NCBI GenBank assembly: GCA_016792665.1
Contig: JAEUKJ010000497.1
Span: forward strand, 1,490 to 65,489
Direction of reading: 5' to 3'
DNA length: 64,000 nt
Source of the DNA: Deltaproteobacteria bacterium
GTDB taxonomy: Bacteria; Myxococcota_A; UBA9042; PHBI01
Numbering within the stretch: position 1 is the first letter of the stretch; every line of letters starts with the position of its first letter. The notes beneath the pieces were generated by a model. It did no database searches. It was not told the origin of the DNA and worked only from the letters and a program-made list of their open reading frames with translations. The position numbers and the translations under genes are program-made. This document shows positions 45,111 through 53,292 of the stretch, piece by piece.

Positions 45111-47312
45111 ATGCTTCGTTGGCTCATCGCGTGCGGCGCGCTCATCGCTTCCTCGGGCGCGGCCCTGGCTCAAGACGGTGGGGTCGGTGGCAATGTCGGG
45201 CAGGCCTCTACGGGCCCGTCCACCCAGGGGCCGAGCGTGCCCGGCAAGGTCGAGACCTCGGACTACTTCGGCGAGCAATCGAAGCAGCAACCCGAGCGTG
45301 AAGAGCGCGTGATCGTGGGCTTCCCGGTCGACAAGCCGGCGGTCGTCTACACCTTCACGAATCGCGGCGGCACGATGTCGAAGGCGATCCTCCAGGATCC
45401 GCGCTTCACGCACGCCGCGCGCAACCTCATCCCCAACGTCCCGCCCGAGAAGCTGCTGGCGGGGCAGATCGACCTCGTCTCGACCTGGGGTCCGAAGTGG
45501 CTGCCCTTCGGGACCACCTTCGGCAAGCTGTCCTACCCTGGCCAGGTGACGCTCGTGCTCCGCAAGGCGAGCGATGGGATCATCGAGGGTGGCGTCCTGA
45601 AGCCCCCGGCGGACCGCGCCAAGCTGGCGGTCGACCGACCGATCAAGGCCGACGACCTGCTCGTCGTGACTGCGCCGGCCAACGTCGCGGGCGAGTACAA
45701 GATCGCCTCGGTCGGCAGCGGCGGCGCGCTGACCCCGGTGAAGGAGTTCGCGGCCAAGGCGGCGACCGGAGTCACCTACGAGGTGAAGCGCACCGGCTCG
45801 ATCGAGGCGCTCTACGACGACGACCGCACCTTCGTGCGCGTGTCGGCGACCCCGGGCCTGCCGCTCGTCTACGTGTGGCCGAACCCGGCCTTCGACAGCT
45901 CGCCGGTCTTCATCGAGCGCCGCTTCGACGCGGGCCAGCACCCCTTCGAGCTCAAGCTCTCGGTGACGGTGCACAACGTCGGGACCGAGCTCCTGCAGGT
46001 CCAGACCGGTATCCGCATCGGTGCCTGGCAGCATCCCGAGACGGGGTCGCCCGGGCTCTTCGGTGGGCCGACCCCGGTGCTCCAGGCGAGCTGCCTCGCG
46101 GCCGACGGGCTCGAGCACGCGCCCTTCGCGTCGCTGCGCGAGGCCGCCATCGAGAAGTACGAGCAGCACCAGGAGGCGGTCGGGTTCAAGGCGTTCCCGT
46201 CGGGCACGCAGTGGGTCGCCGCCGACACCAACTACTTCATCCAGGCCGCCGTGCCGATGCCGATCAATGCGGCCGGTGGGCAGTGCCAGCTCGGGTTGAA
46301 GGACTTCAACCCCACGGTGCCCGGTGCGTGGGTGATGTGGTCGCAGTTCATGGCGTCCAACATCGTGGAGATCCCCAAGCGCGGTCAGGGCTGCGTCGCG
46401 GACTGGCTGCCCGAGAGCGCGGCTGGCGTGACCGGGCTGCCGCGCTGCAAGGCGTCGCTCGACAAGCTGGGCGTGACCTCGGCCTCGAGCATCGACGAGG
46501 TGAAGCAGGCCTGGGAGAAGGCGCGCGCGGCTGGCGGTGATCTCGCCGCAGTGGACCAGGCCTATCAGTTGCTGACCGAGCGTCGCCAGGCGACGTGGCG
46601 CTACAACCTCTACAACGGCCCGAAGGACACGGCGTTCCTGCCCGAGTCGCACCCCGAGCTGAAGCGCGCGGTGCAGTTCGGGTGGATGTCGTTTGTCGGC
46701 GCCCCGATGCACAAGGTGCTCGTGTGGTTCCACGAGGGCCTCGGGAGCTGGCCGCTCGCCATCATCCTGCTGACGCTGGGGCTCAAGCTCATCACGTGGC
46801 CGCTCTCGCAGAAGAGCTACATGTCGATGCAGAAGATGAAGAACATCCGGCCCAAGCTCGACGAGCTCAAGCGCAAGTTCGGCAACGACCGCGCGAAGTT
46901 CTCGCAGGAGCAGATGGCGCTCATGAAGCGCGAGGGTGTGAACCCGTTCGCGGGGTGCCTGCCGATGCTGCTCCAGTTCCCGATCTGGGTCGGTCTCTAC
47001 GGGGCCATCCTCGGCTCGGTCGAGCTCTATCACGAGCCGCTCGGGCTCTGGGTGCCGGACCTCTCGTCGTCCGACCCCTACTTCATCATGCCGATCCTCC
47101 TCGGCATCCTCATGTTCGTCCAGACGCTGCTCACGCCGCAGACCGCGACCGACGAGACGCAGGCCAAGATCATGAAGTATGGCATGCCCATCATGTTCAC
47201 GGTCTTCATGCTGTTCCTGCCGTCTGCCCTCGTCCTCTACATCCTCTTCAACACGATCCTCACGATCGTCCAAAACCTCCTCATCAAACGCCGCATGGAG
47301 GCCCGCGCATGA
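45111..47312 (+). CDS. yidC: membrane protein insertase YidC (long periplasmic domain, 733 aa)
   Basis: ATG 45111 follows GAAGGAAA. The C-terminal 60-kDa insertase core reads LAIILLTLGLKLITWPLSQKSYMSMQKMKNIRPKLDELKRKF...GCLPMLLQFPIWVGLY...LVLYILFNTILTIVQN. Confidence 0.9.
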   Translation: MLRWLIACGALIASSGAALAQDGGVGGNVGQASTGPSTQGPSVPGKVETSDYFGEQSKQQPEREERVIVGFPVDKPAVVYTFTNRGGTMSKAILQDPRFTHAARNLIPNVPPEKLLAGQIDLVSTWGPKWLPFGTTFGKLSYPGQVTLVLRKASDGIIEGGVLKPPADRAKLAVDRPIKADDLLVVTAPANVAGEYKIASVGSGGALTPVKEFAAKAATGVTYEVKRTGSIEALYDDDRTFVRVSATPGLPLVYVWPNPAFDSSPVFIERRFDAGQHPFELKLSVTVHNVGTELLQVQTGIRIGAWQHPETGSPGLFGGPTPVLQASCLAADGLEHAPFASLREAAIEKYEQHQEAVGFKAFPSGTQWVAADTNYFIQAAVPMPINAAGGQCQLGLKDFNPTVPGAWVMWSQFMASNIVEIPKRGQGCVADWLPESAAGVTGLPRCKASLDKLGVTSASSIDEVKQAWEKARAAGGDLAAVDQAYQLLTERRQATWRYNLYNGPKDTAFLPESHPELKRAVQFGWMSFVGAPMHKVLVWFHEGLGSWPLAIILLTLGLKLITWPLSQKSYMSMQKMKNIRPKLDELKRKFGNDRAKFSQEQMALMKREGVNPFAGCLPMLLQFPIWVGLYGAILGSVELYHEPLGLWVPDLSSSDPYFIMPILLGILMFVQTLLTPQTATDETQAKIMKYGMPIMFTVFMLFLPSALVLYILFNTILTIVQNLLIKRRMEARA

Positions 47313-48349
47313 CCGCTCCCACCACGTTCACCGGCAAGAATCTCGAGACGGCGCTGCAGAAGGCGTCGCAGGCCACGGGGCTCGCCCCCGAGGCGATCAA
47401 GTACGAAATCCTCGCCGGCAAGACCGGGGGCTATGCGCTCATCAAGGTGATCGGTCAGGCCGCTGCGGTCCCGACCGGACCCCTGGTCGAGAGCCTCTCC
47501 GGCGACCCGAACGCGGCTGCTCCCGCGCGTGCCGATCGCGGCGACCGTGGTGATCGTGGCGACCGTCCGCCGCGTGATCGCGACCGTGGTGGCGATCGTG
47601 GCCCGCGCCCCGAGCGCAGCGGCGACCGCGGTGGTGATCGCGGCCCGCGCCCCGAGCGCAGCGGCGACCGTGGCCCGCGTCCCGACCGTGGTGACCGCGG
47701 CGATCGCGGCCCTCGCCCCGAGCGCGGTGGTGATCGTGGCCCGCGTCGTCGCGATGACCGCGACGAGCTCTTGCCGGTGCCGCAGGACGGCCCGACCGCC
47801 GTCACCTTCGAGGTGGCCGCCGAGGGACCGCTCACCGCGTTCGGCGAGAAGGTCCGCGACGTGCTCGTCGCCACGCTCGAGAAGATGGGCTTCGGCATGA
47901 AGCTGGTCTTCCTCGAGGGCGCCGACGAAGTGCAGGTCGACCTCGTCAGCGGGGTCTACCACGACGTGCTCCTCGCCAAGGAGCTCGAGCTGCTGGACGC
48001 CCTCGAGCACCTCGTCGAGAAGGTCGCCATCGGACACGGCAACCTCCCCGAGGGCGCGCCGAAGAAGAAGGTCCACCTCGACTCGAACGGCTTCCGCGCC
48101 AAGGCCGACCTCGACCTCGCGCACTCGGCCCGCGAGATGGCGGACCGCGCCATCGCCGACCAGCGCGTCTTCAAGCTCGGCCCGCTCGATCCCCGCGCCC
48201 GTCGCGTGGTTCACCTCACGCTCCGCGAGTACGCCGGCGTCGTGACCCGCTCCGAGGGCGAGGGCGTCTTCCGCCGCGTCTGCATCATCCCGAAGAGCGC
48301 CGAGGCCACCGACAACACGTCGGTCCAGGACGACCACTCGGGCGAGTGA
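47309..48349 (+). CDS. jag: Jag/KhpB RNA-binding protein (Jag_N, KH, R3H) with a DRG-repeat insert
   Basis: ATG 47309 overlaps the yidC stop (ATGA). The N-terminus MTAPTTFTGKNLETALQKASQATGLAPEAIKYEIL is Jag_N-like. The C-terminus has the R3H-like GPLDPRARRVVHLTLREYAGVVTRSEGEG..RRVCI. Confidence 0.85.
   Translation: MTAPTTFTGKNLETALQKASQATGLAPEAIKYEILAGKTGGYALIKVIGQAAAVPTGPLVESLSGDPNAAAPARADRGDRGDRGDRPPRDRDRGGDRGPRPERSGDRGGDRGPRPERSGDRGPRPDRGDRGDRGPRPERGGDRGPRRRDDRDELLPVPQDGPTAVTFEVAAEGPLTAFGEKVRDVLVATLEKMGFGMKLVFLEGADEVQVDLVSGVYHDVLLAKELELLDALEHLVEKVAIGHGNLPEGAPKKKVHLDSNGFRAKADLDLAHSAREMADRAIADQRVFKLGPLDPRARRVVHLTLREYAGVVTRSEGEGVFRRVCIIPKSAEATDNTSVQDDHSGE
47531..47768 (+). repeat. in-frame tandem repeats encoding a (G)DRGPRPER(S)GDRG low-complexity linker
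   Basis: DNA units such as ggcccgcgccccgagcgcagcggcgaccg recur. The protein reads DRGDRGDRGDRPPRDRDRGGDRGPRPERSGDRGGDRGPRPERSGDRGPRPDRGDRGDRGPRPERGGDRGPRRRDDRDE. Confidence 0.8.
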
Positions 48350-48492
48350 CGCCGGGGATGAACCTTCGCGAGGCGCCGTGGGAGGCCGCTCGCGAGGGTT
48401 CAGCCGCAAGGAACGAGCGAAGCGAGCGACGAGGCGCACTCAGGTGCGCCGCAGGAGGGAGCGAGCGCGTGACGCCGCGGATGAGCCCTCGC
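48346..48492. repeat. intergenic repeat element, copy B: imperfect 24-bp direct repeats flanking a ~99-bp core with a hairpin
   Basis: gtgacgccggggatgaaccttcgc (48346..48369) and gtgacgccgcggatgagccctcgc (48469..48492) match at 21/24 positions. The core holds the hairpin GGCGCAC-tcag-GTGCGCC (48433..48450) and is about 80% identical to copy A over roughly 70 bp. The element fills the gap between the convergent jag and envC-like stops. Confidence 0.75.
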
Positions 48493-48502
48493 CCGCGGCC
48501 TC

Positions 48503-49732
48503 CTAGCGGAACCAGGACATTGGGTCCATGGCGACGCCATCCTTCCGCAGCTCATGGTAGAGGCGAGGGCCGAAGAAGCTCTCGCTCTCGCCCATGATGC
48601 CGAGGGTCTCGCCGGTCTTCACCTTCGCGCCGACCTCGACCGAGATCTCGGCCAGGTGCGCGTAGATCGACGTGTAGCCCATCGTGTGGTCGAGGATGAC
48701 CACGCGGCCGAGGCCCTGGATCCACCCGGTCCACGCGACCCATCCCCAATAGATGGCGCGCACGGGGACCTTGCCGTCCTTCGGGGTCCGCGCCGGGACC
48801 AGGTGGATGCCGCGCCACATCGAGCGAATGCCCTTGTAGTTGCGCGTGCCGTAGCCACCGACCAGGTCGGGGTTCAGGATCGGCACGGCCAGCCCACCGC
48901 GCGTCTCCTCGAAGTACATGCGCTTGCGATCGGTCGGGGCCGCCGCGCTGAGCTCCTTCACCTTGGCCGCCAGCGTCTCGTCGAGCTTCTCCATCTCGGC
49001 CGCGAACGCCGCGTAGAACTCGGGCTCGTTGACGACGGCGGTCTTGACCGCGGCCTGCTCTTCCTGGTCCCACGCGATCTGCTGGCGCAGCCGCTTCATC
49101 GTCTCACGCGTCCGCGCGAGGTTGGTCGTTCGTCGCTCGAGGTCGGCCTTGGCCTTCCTCCACGCGTCGAGTGTCTCTGCATAGCGACGGATGCGCGCGC
49201 GATCGGCCTCGGCCAGAAGAGCCCGCGCCGAGCGCCGCGCCTCGAAGGTGAGGAAGCCGGTCGCATCCGTGAGCAGATCGCCCAGCGCGGGAGCGCTCAG
49301 GCTGCGACCGAGCAGCGCGAGCCGCGTACGCGTGAGGTTGCGGTCGTGCTCGAGGCCGGCCGTGCGCGCCTCGAAGCGCGTCGTCGTCGCCGCGAGGTCC
49401 AGGTCCAGGCGTTGCTCGAGTCGGGTCAACGACGTGAGCTCTTCCTCGCGCCGATGGAGGTCTTGGTCCAGGCGGTCGCGCGCCGCGAGGATCGACGCCT
49501 CGGGCCTCAAGAGACGGCGGATGTCGGCGCTTGGCGTGCGCGTCACCAGGGCCGCCGGCTCGGGCACGACCAAGGTCTCGAGGTCGGGCTCCTCGGGCTT
49601 GGCCCTGGCACCCCCACTGCCCACGGTGACCAGTGCCACCAGCGCAAGACCGCGGATCAATGCCGAAGGCCTGGCAGAGCCAGGCTGCCCTCGGCTGATC
49701 AGTGCGTGGCTCCGCCAGGCCTTGGGTGGCAT
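48503..49732 (-). CDS. EnvC-like coiled-coil protein with a degenerate LytM/M23 domain (murein hydrolase activator-like)
   Basis: ATG 49732 gives MPPKAWRSHALISRG...LALVALVTVG (signal). Long coiled-coil segments follow. The C-terminus is M23-like (VVILDHTMGYTSIYAHLAEISVEVGAKVKTGETLGIMG...GPRLYHELRKDG), but the HxH motif reads YH and the HxxxD motif is not evident. Confidence 0.75.
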   Translation of the reverse strand: MPPKAWRSHALISRGQPGSARPSALIRGLALVALVTVGSGGARAKPEEPDLETLVVPEPAALVTRTPSADIRRLLRPEASILAARDRLDQDLHRREEELTSLTRLEQRLDLDLAATTTRFEARTAGLEHDRNLTRTRLALLGRSLSAPALGDLLTDATGFLTFEARRSARALLAEADRARIRRYAETLDAWRKAKADLERRTTNLARTRETMKRLRQQIAWDQEEQAAVKTAVVNEPEFYAAFAAEMEKLDETLAAKVKELSAAAPTDRKRMYFEETRGGLAVPILNPDLVGGYGTRNYKGIRSMWRGIHLVPARTPKDGKVPVRAIYWGWVAWTGWIQGLGRVVILDHTMGYTSIYAHLAEISVEVGAKVKTGETLGIMGESESFFGPRLYHELRKDGVAMDPMSWFR

Positions 49733-49742
49733 CACGCCGACC

Positions 49743-50687
49743 TCAGCGCGCATCGCGAGCACCCTTCGCGTTGGCCTCGGCCGGCTTTCCCCGGGGTCGC
49801 AGCCCACGCCGCTCGAGCCCGCGCAGCCCGCCCAGCAACGCCAGCCCGACGCCGCCCACGACGGCCCACGCAATGTAGGGAGGCCCGAGCGGCCCTGCCC
49901 CACCGGCCCCAGGCAACAGGGTCGCCAGCCGCCCGAGAGGGCCCTCGACATACAGGCCGACCGCGATGGCCGCGGCCGCCGCCATGAGGCCGATGAGCGC
50001 CGCGTAGATCACATGGCGCGCGAACAGCCAGCGCGGCGTCGCGCCCAGCGCCAGATAGAGGTCGAGCTCGTCACGGCGGGCCAACACCGCCGCGCTCACC
50101 AGGAGGTAGATCGCGAGGACGCCGACCAGCAGCGCCATCGCCGCGAGCAAGATCCCGACGAGCCGCCCCGCCTCCCCCGCCGCGAACACGAAGCGCAGGT
50201 GCCGCACGTCGAAGGGCACGTCCAGGACACCCTGGACCTCGGCGATGCTCTTCACCTTGGCGACCAGCGTGTCGAGCTCGGCCTCGGACGCGAGCGGCCC
50301 GCGCTCGACGGTCACCTTGGCCAGCCCACCCATCGGGAAGACCTGGTCATCGAGCCCTTCCAAGAGCTCCTCGCCGAGCACCGACGCGAGCTCCCCGCGC
50401 TGGGCCTTGGGTCCCACCCACTCGACCGACCTCACGCCCGGGACGGCCGCGACGCGCGTCAGGACGTCCTTGGTCTGGGCCTCGTCGAGCGCCGGATCGA
50501 GGCTCGCGCGCAGGACCAGATCGGCCTCGAGCGCCGACACCGTCGCGTCCACCCGCCCCGAGAGCCACATCGCCAGCGCCGCCAAGACCAAGCCCGCCGC
50601 CAGGGCGAGCGCCGTCAGGACACTCGCGATGGGCCGCGCGAAGAACATCGCCAGGGCATCGCGCACATGGACCGCCAGGTGACGCAT
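49743..50687 (-). CDS. ftsX: cell division permease-like protein FtsX
   Basis: 314 aa with 4 TM helices and a periplasmic domain between TM1 and TM2. It lies immediately downstream of ftsE, with a 1-nt TGATG overlap. Confidence 0.8.
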   Translation of the reverse strand: MRHLAVHVRDALAMFFARPIASVLTALALAAGLVLAALAMWLSGRVDATVSALEADLVLRASLDPALDEAQTKDVLTRVAAVPGVRSVEWVGPKAQRGELASVLGEELLEGLDDQVFPMGGLAKVTVERGPLASEAELDTLVAKVKSIAEVQGVLDVPFDVRHLRFVFAAGEAGRLVGILLAAMALLVGVLAIYLLVSAAVLARRDELDLYLALGATPRWLFARHVIYAALIGLMAAAAAIAVGLYVEGPLGRLATLLPGAGGAGPLGPPYIAWAVVGGVGLALLGGLRGLERRGLRPRGKPAEANAKGARDAR

Positions 50688-51373
50688 CAGACGCCTCCCG
50701 CGCTGGTCGTCTCACCGTCGTCTTCGATCAGGAAGCCCTTGTTCAAGACGATGACCCGCTCCTCGAAGCGCGCCGGCAGACGCGCATCCCGAGTCGCGAT
50801 GACCACGGTCGTGCCCCGGCTCTTCAGGTCGCGCAGCATCTGCAAGATGGCGTGGGCCGCGTCCGGGTCGAGGTGGCCGGTCGGCTCGTCGGCCAGGACC
50901 AGCGACGGCTCGTGCACGATGGCGCGCGCCAGGGCCACGCGCTGTTGCTCGGCGCTCGAGAGCCAGCTCGGGTAGCTCGCCGCGTGCTTCTCCATCCCGA
51001 CGAGCTCCAGCACCTGGTCGACCCGACGCTTCGCCTGGCGCGCATCGACCCCTGAAATCTCCAATGAAACCGATATGTTATTGTGAACGCTGCGATCCGG
51101 GAGGAGGCGGATGTCCTCCCACAGACGCCCGATGCCGCGCCTCAAGAACGGGACCTGGGCGGTCTTCAGGGTCGCGAGGTTTCGGCCCGCGACGAGGATC
51201 TGCCCCTCGGTCGGTCGCAGCTCGGCCGTGACGAGGTCGAAGAGGGTGGTCTTGCCCGCGCCGGAGCGCCCCGAGAGGAAGACGAGCTCGCCCTCGTGCA
51301 CGCGCAGCGACACGTCGCGAAGCGCCTCGATCCCGCTCGGGAACCGCATGGTCAGCCGGTAGATCTGAATCAC
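50687..51373 (-). CDS. ftsE: cell division ATP-binding protein FtsE
   Basis: GTG start with AAGGAG 6 nt upstream. Walker A is GRSGAGKTTL, the ABC signature is LSSAEQQRVALARA, and Walker B is LVLADEPTGHLD. Confidence 0.88.
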   Translation of the reverse strand: MIQIYRLTMRFPSGIEALRDVSLRVHEGELVFLSGRSGAGKTTLFDLVTAELRPTEGQILVAGRNLATLKTAQVPFLRRGIGRLWEDIRLLPDRSVHNNISVSLEISGVDARQAKRRVDQVLELVGMEKHAASYPSWLSSAEQQRVALARAIVHEPSLVLADEPTGHLDPDAAHAILQMLRDLKSRGTTVVIATRDARLPARFEERVIVLNKGFLIEDDGETTSAGGV

Positions 51374-51654
51374 GAGGGCTCCTTATCACCGAACGGCGAA
51401 GCGGTCGAAAAGCGTCGAGCGTCGCCATCCACCTGAGCGCAGGTTTGGTTGACCGCGAGCCGGCAACGGGTCCTAGCGGCCACGACCCGTCCGGTCGTAA
51501 CGGGACGCCCGCCAGGTCGCGGTACAAGCCGCGCGAGACGCTCGAACCCAGGCTCCGATTCCGGGGCCATTCGGGGTTGACAGCTCCCGCACCCTCGCGG
51601 TAGGCGGCGCCGCGACCCCGAAGCCATAGAGATTTGCAAGAGGAGACACCCCGA

Positions 51655-53001
51655 ATGAAGCTCAAGACTGGATCCCTCGCGGCCCTCGCCCTGCCGCTGG
51701 TCATGTCGACCTCCGCGTCACACGCGACCGAGGCTCGTATCGACTCGATGGGTGGCGGCGTGAAGCTCTGGACGATCGAGGACGAGTCGAACATCTTCGA
51801 CTACCCGTCGCTGCTCGTCCGCTGGGGCAACCGCGTCTACATCGACAACCTCCACCCCGGGACCGAGGGCGGCGAGCTCTTCCCGAACGGCCGCTTCGGC
51901 TTCCACTACAACCTGTCGGACGACACGGTCATCGCCTTCGTCGGCTCGCACACCAACTCGGTGACGCGTCCCGTCGGCTCGGGCTTCGTCCCGACCGGCA
52001 ACGCCTTCACCGGTGGCCAGGCCTTCTCGGTCGCCTTCCAGGCGAGCCTCGCCTCCGACGTCGGCGGCGACGTCGGTGACGGCACGGTCGGCGCGGACGC
52101 GCTCGGCTACGTCGACCAGCGCTACGGCATCCTCTTTGCGACCCAGCTCGGCGCGAAGACCCGCTTCGGCCTGAGCTTCAACGTGGCCGGCGACAACGCC
52201 GACATCGAGTCGCCCAACGTGTCGCAGGTCGACCAGGGCGCACTGCTGTTCGACATCGCGCTGGGCCTCGGCGTCGACCTCGACGGCAGCGAGCTCGAGC
52301 TCTCGGCCGGCGTCGAGTTCGGCATCCTCGAGGACTTCCGCGACGAGGCGGACGCCATCTCGGGCGTCCCGGGTGACCTCCTCGAGCACTGGTCGGGCAG
52401 CCACTTCGGCCTCCGCCTGAACGGCCGCTGGACCTTCGACTTCTTCGACCAGACCAAGATCGTCGCCTACACCCAGTTCATGCTCGGCAGCCAGAGCATC
52501 GACAAGATCAACACGGCCGCGATCCCGGCCGAGAGCGGCTCGTACAGCGGCCTCTCGTTCGCCCTCGGCGCCGACCTCCGCATCGAGCCCTTCCAGGACG
52601 TCATCGTCAGCCCGGGCTTGGGCTTCCTCATCTCGCAGCAGACCGTCGAAGGCCCCAACGTCATCGACCGCGACGCCGACCGCCTCCTCTCGCTGCCGTT
52701 CTACGGCCTCGGCGTGGACCTCAAGCTGACCGACTGGTTCCGCATGCGCTTTGGCGCCAACCAGTACGTCAACATGTTGCGCCAGTCGCAGACCTCGGGC
52801 GGCGTCACGGCGACCGTCGCGACCTCGGACGTCATCACCTCGTTCGCGTGGGGCTTCGGCCTGAACCTGCCGGTGGCCGAGTCGAACCTCGCCATCGACT
52901 TCTCGCTGAACCCGACCTTCTTCAACAACGGCCCGCACGTGCTCACGGGCAACGCGACCGGTCCGTTCGCGTTGAACGCCGGCGTGCGCTACAACTGGTG
53001 A
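51655..53001 (+). CDS. outer-membrane beta-barrel protein (porin-like, hypothetical)
   Basis: ATG 51655 follows AGGAGA and gives MKLKTGSLAALALPLVMSTSASHA (signal). The sequence shows alternating amphipathic strands rich in G/D/S/F and ends GVRYNW (aromatic C-terminus). Confidence 0.7.
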   Translation: MKLKTGSLAALALPLVMSTSASHATEARIDSMGGGVKLWTIEDESNIFDYPSLLVRWGNRVYIDNLHPGTEGGELFPNGRFGFHYNLSDDTVIAFVGSHTNSVTRPVGSGFVPTGNAFTGGQAFSVAFQASLASDVGGDVGDGTVGADALGYVDQRYGILFATQLGAKTRFGLSFNVAGDNADIESPNVSQVDQGALLFDIALGLGVDLDGSELELSAGVEFGILEDFRDEADAISGVPGDLLEHWSGSHFGLRLNGRWTFDFFDQTKIVAYTQFMLGSQSIDKINTAAIPAESGSYSGLSFALGADLRIEPFQDVIVSPGLGFLISQQTVEGPNVIDRDADRLLSLPFYGLGVDLKLTDWFRMRFGANQYVNMLRQSQTSGGVTATVATSDVITSFAWGFGLNLPVAESNLAIDFSLNPTFFNNGPHVLTGNATGPFALNAGVRYNW

Positions 53002-53086
53002 GTCGCTAGCGGCTCCCGCGAGGGAGCCCATTCGTCGTCGTTCGCACAAGGCCTGGCTTGCCGGGCTGCGGGCGAGTCCTTCGTCG

Positions 53087-53127
53087 ACCGGCGGCCGTCC
53101 TCAGGGATGGGCCGCCGGTTCGTTTTC
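53087..53127 (+). terminator. rho-independent terminator after the OMP gene
   Basis: A perfect 10-bp stem, accggcggcc (53087..53096) / ggccgccggt (53110..53119), closes a 13-nt loop and is followed by tcgttttc. Confidence 0.7.
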
Positions 53128-53292
53128 AGGGTGCGGAGTCTGAAAGCCATTCAGTCGGCCCTCCGCACTTGACTCCGGTCCCCTACGATCCTGCATCATC
53201 GGGCCGCTCGACGCCGCCCCCGCGGCGCCGGGCCCTGGGTCCCCTCCCCTCCTGGGCGCCGACCCGACGCCGTTCCCGATGCTCCCGAGGAC

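Noticed and set aside
44610-47273. Minus-strand ORF of 887 aa
   Set aside because: It is antisense to rnpA, yidD and yidC, all of which have canonical motifs. Its composition is that of a shadow ORF.
48361-48400. Stem-loop aaccttcgcgag...ctcgcgagggtt after jag as a classical terminator
   Set aside because: The stem is good (one mismatch) but no T tract follows. I treat it as part of the repeat element (copy B) rather than as a terminator feature.
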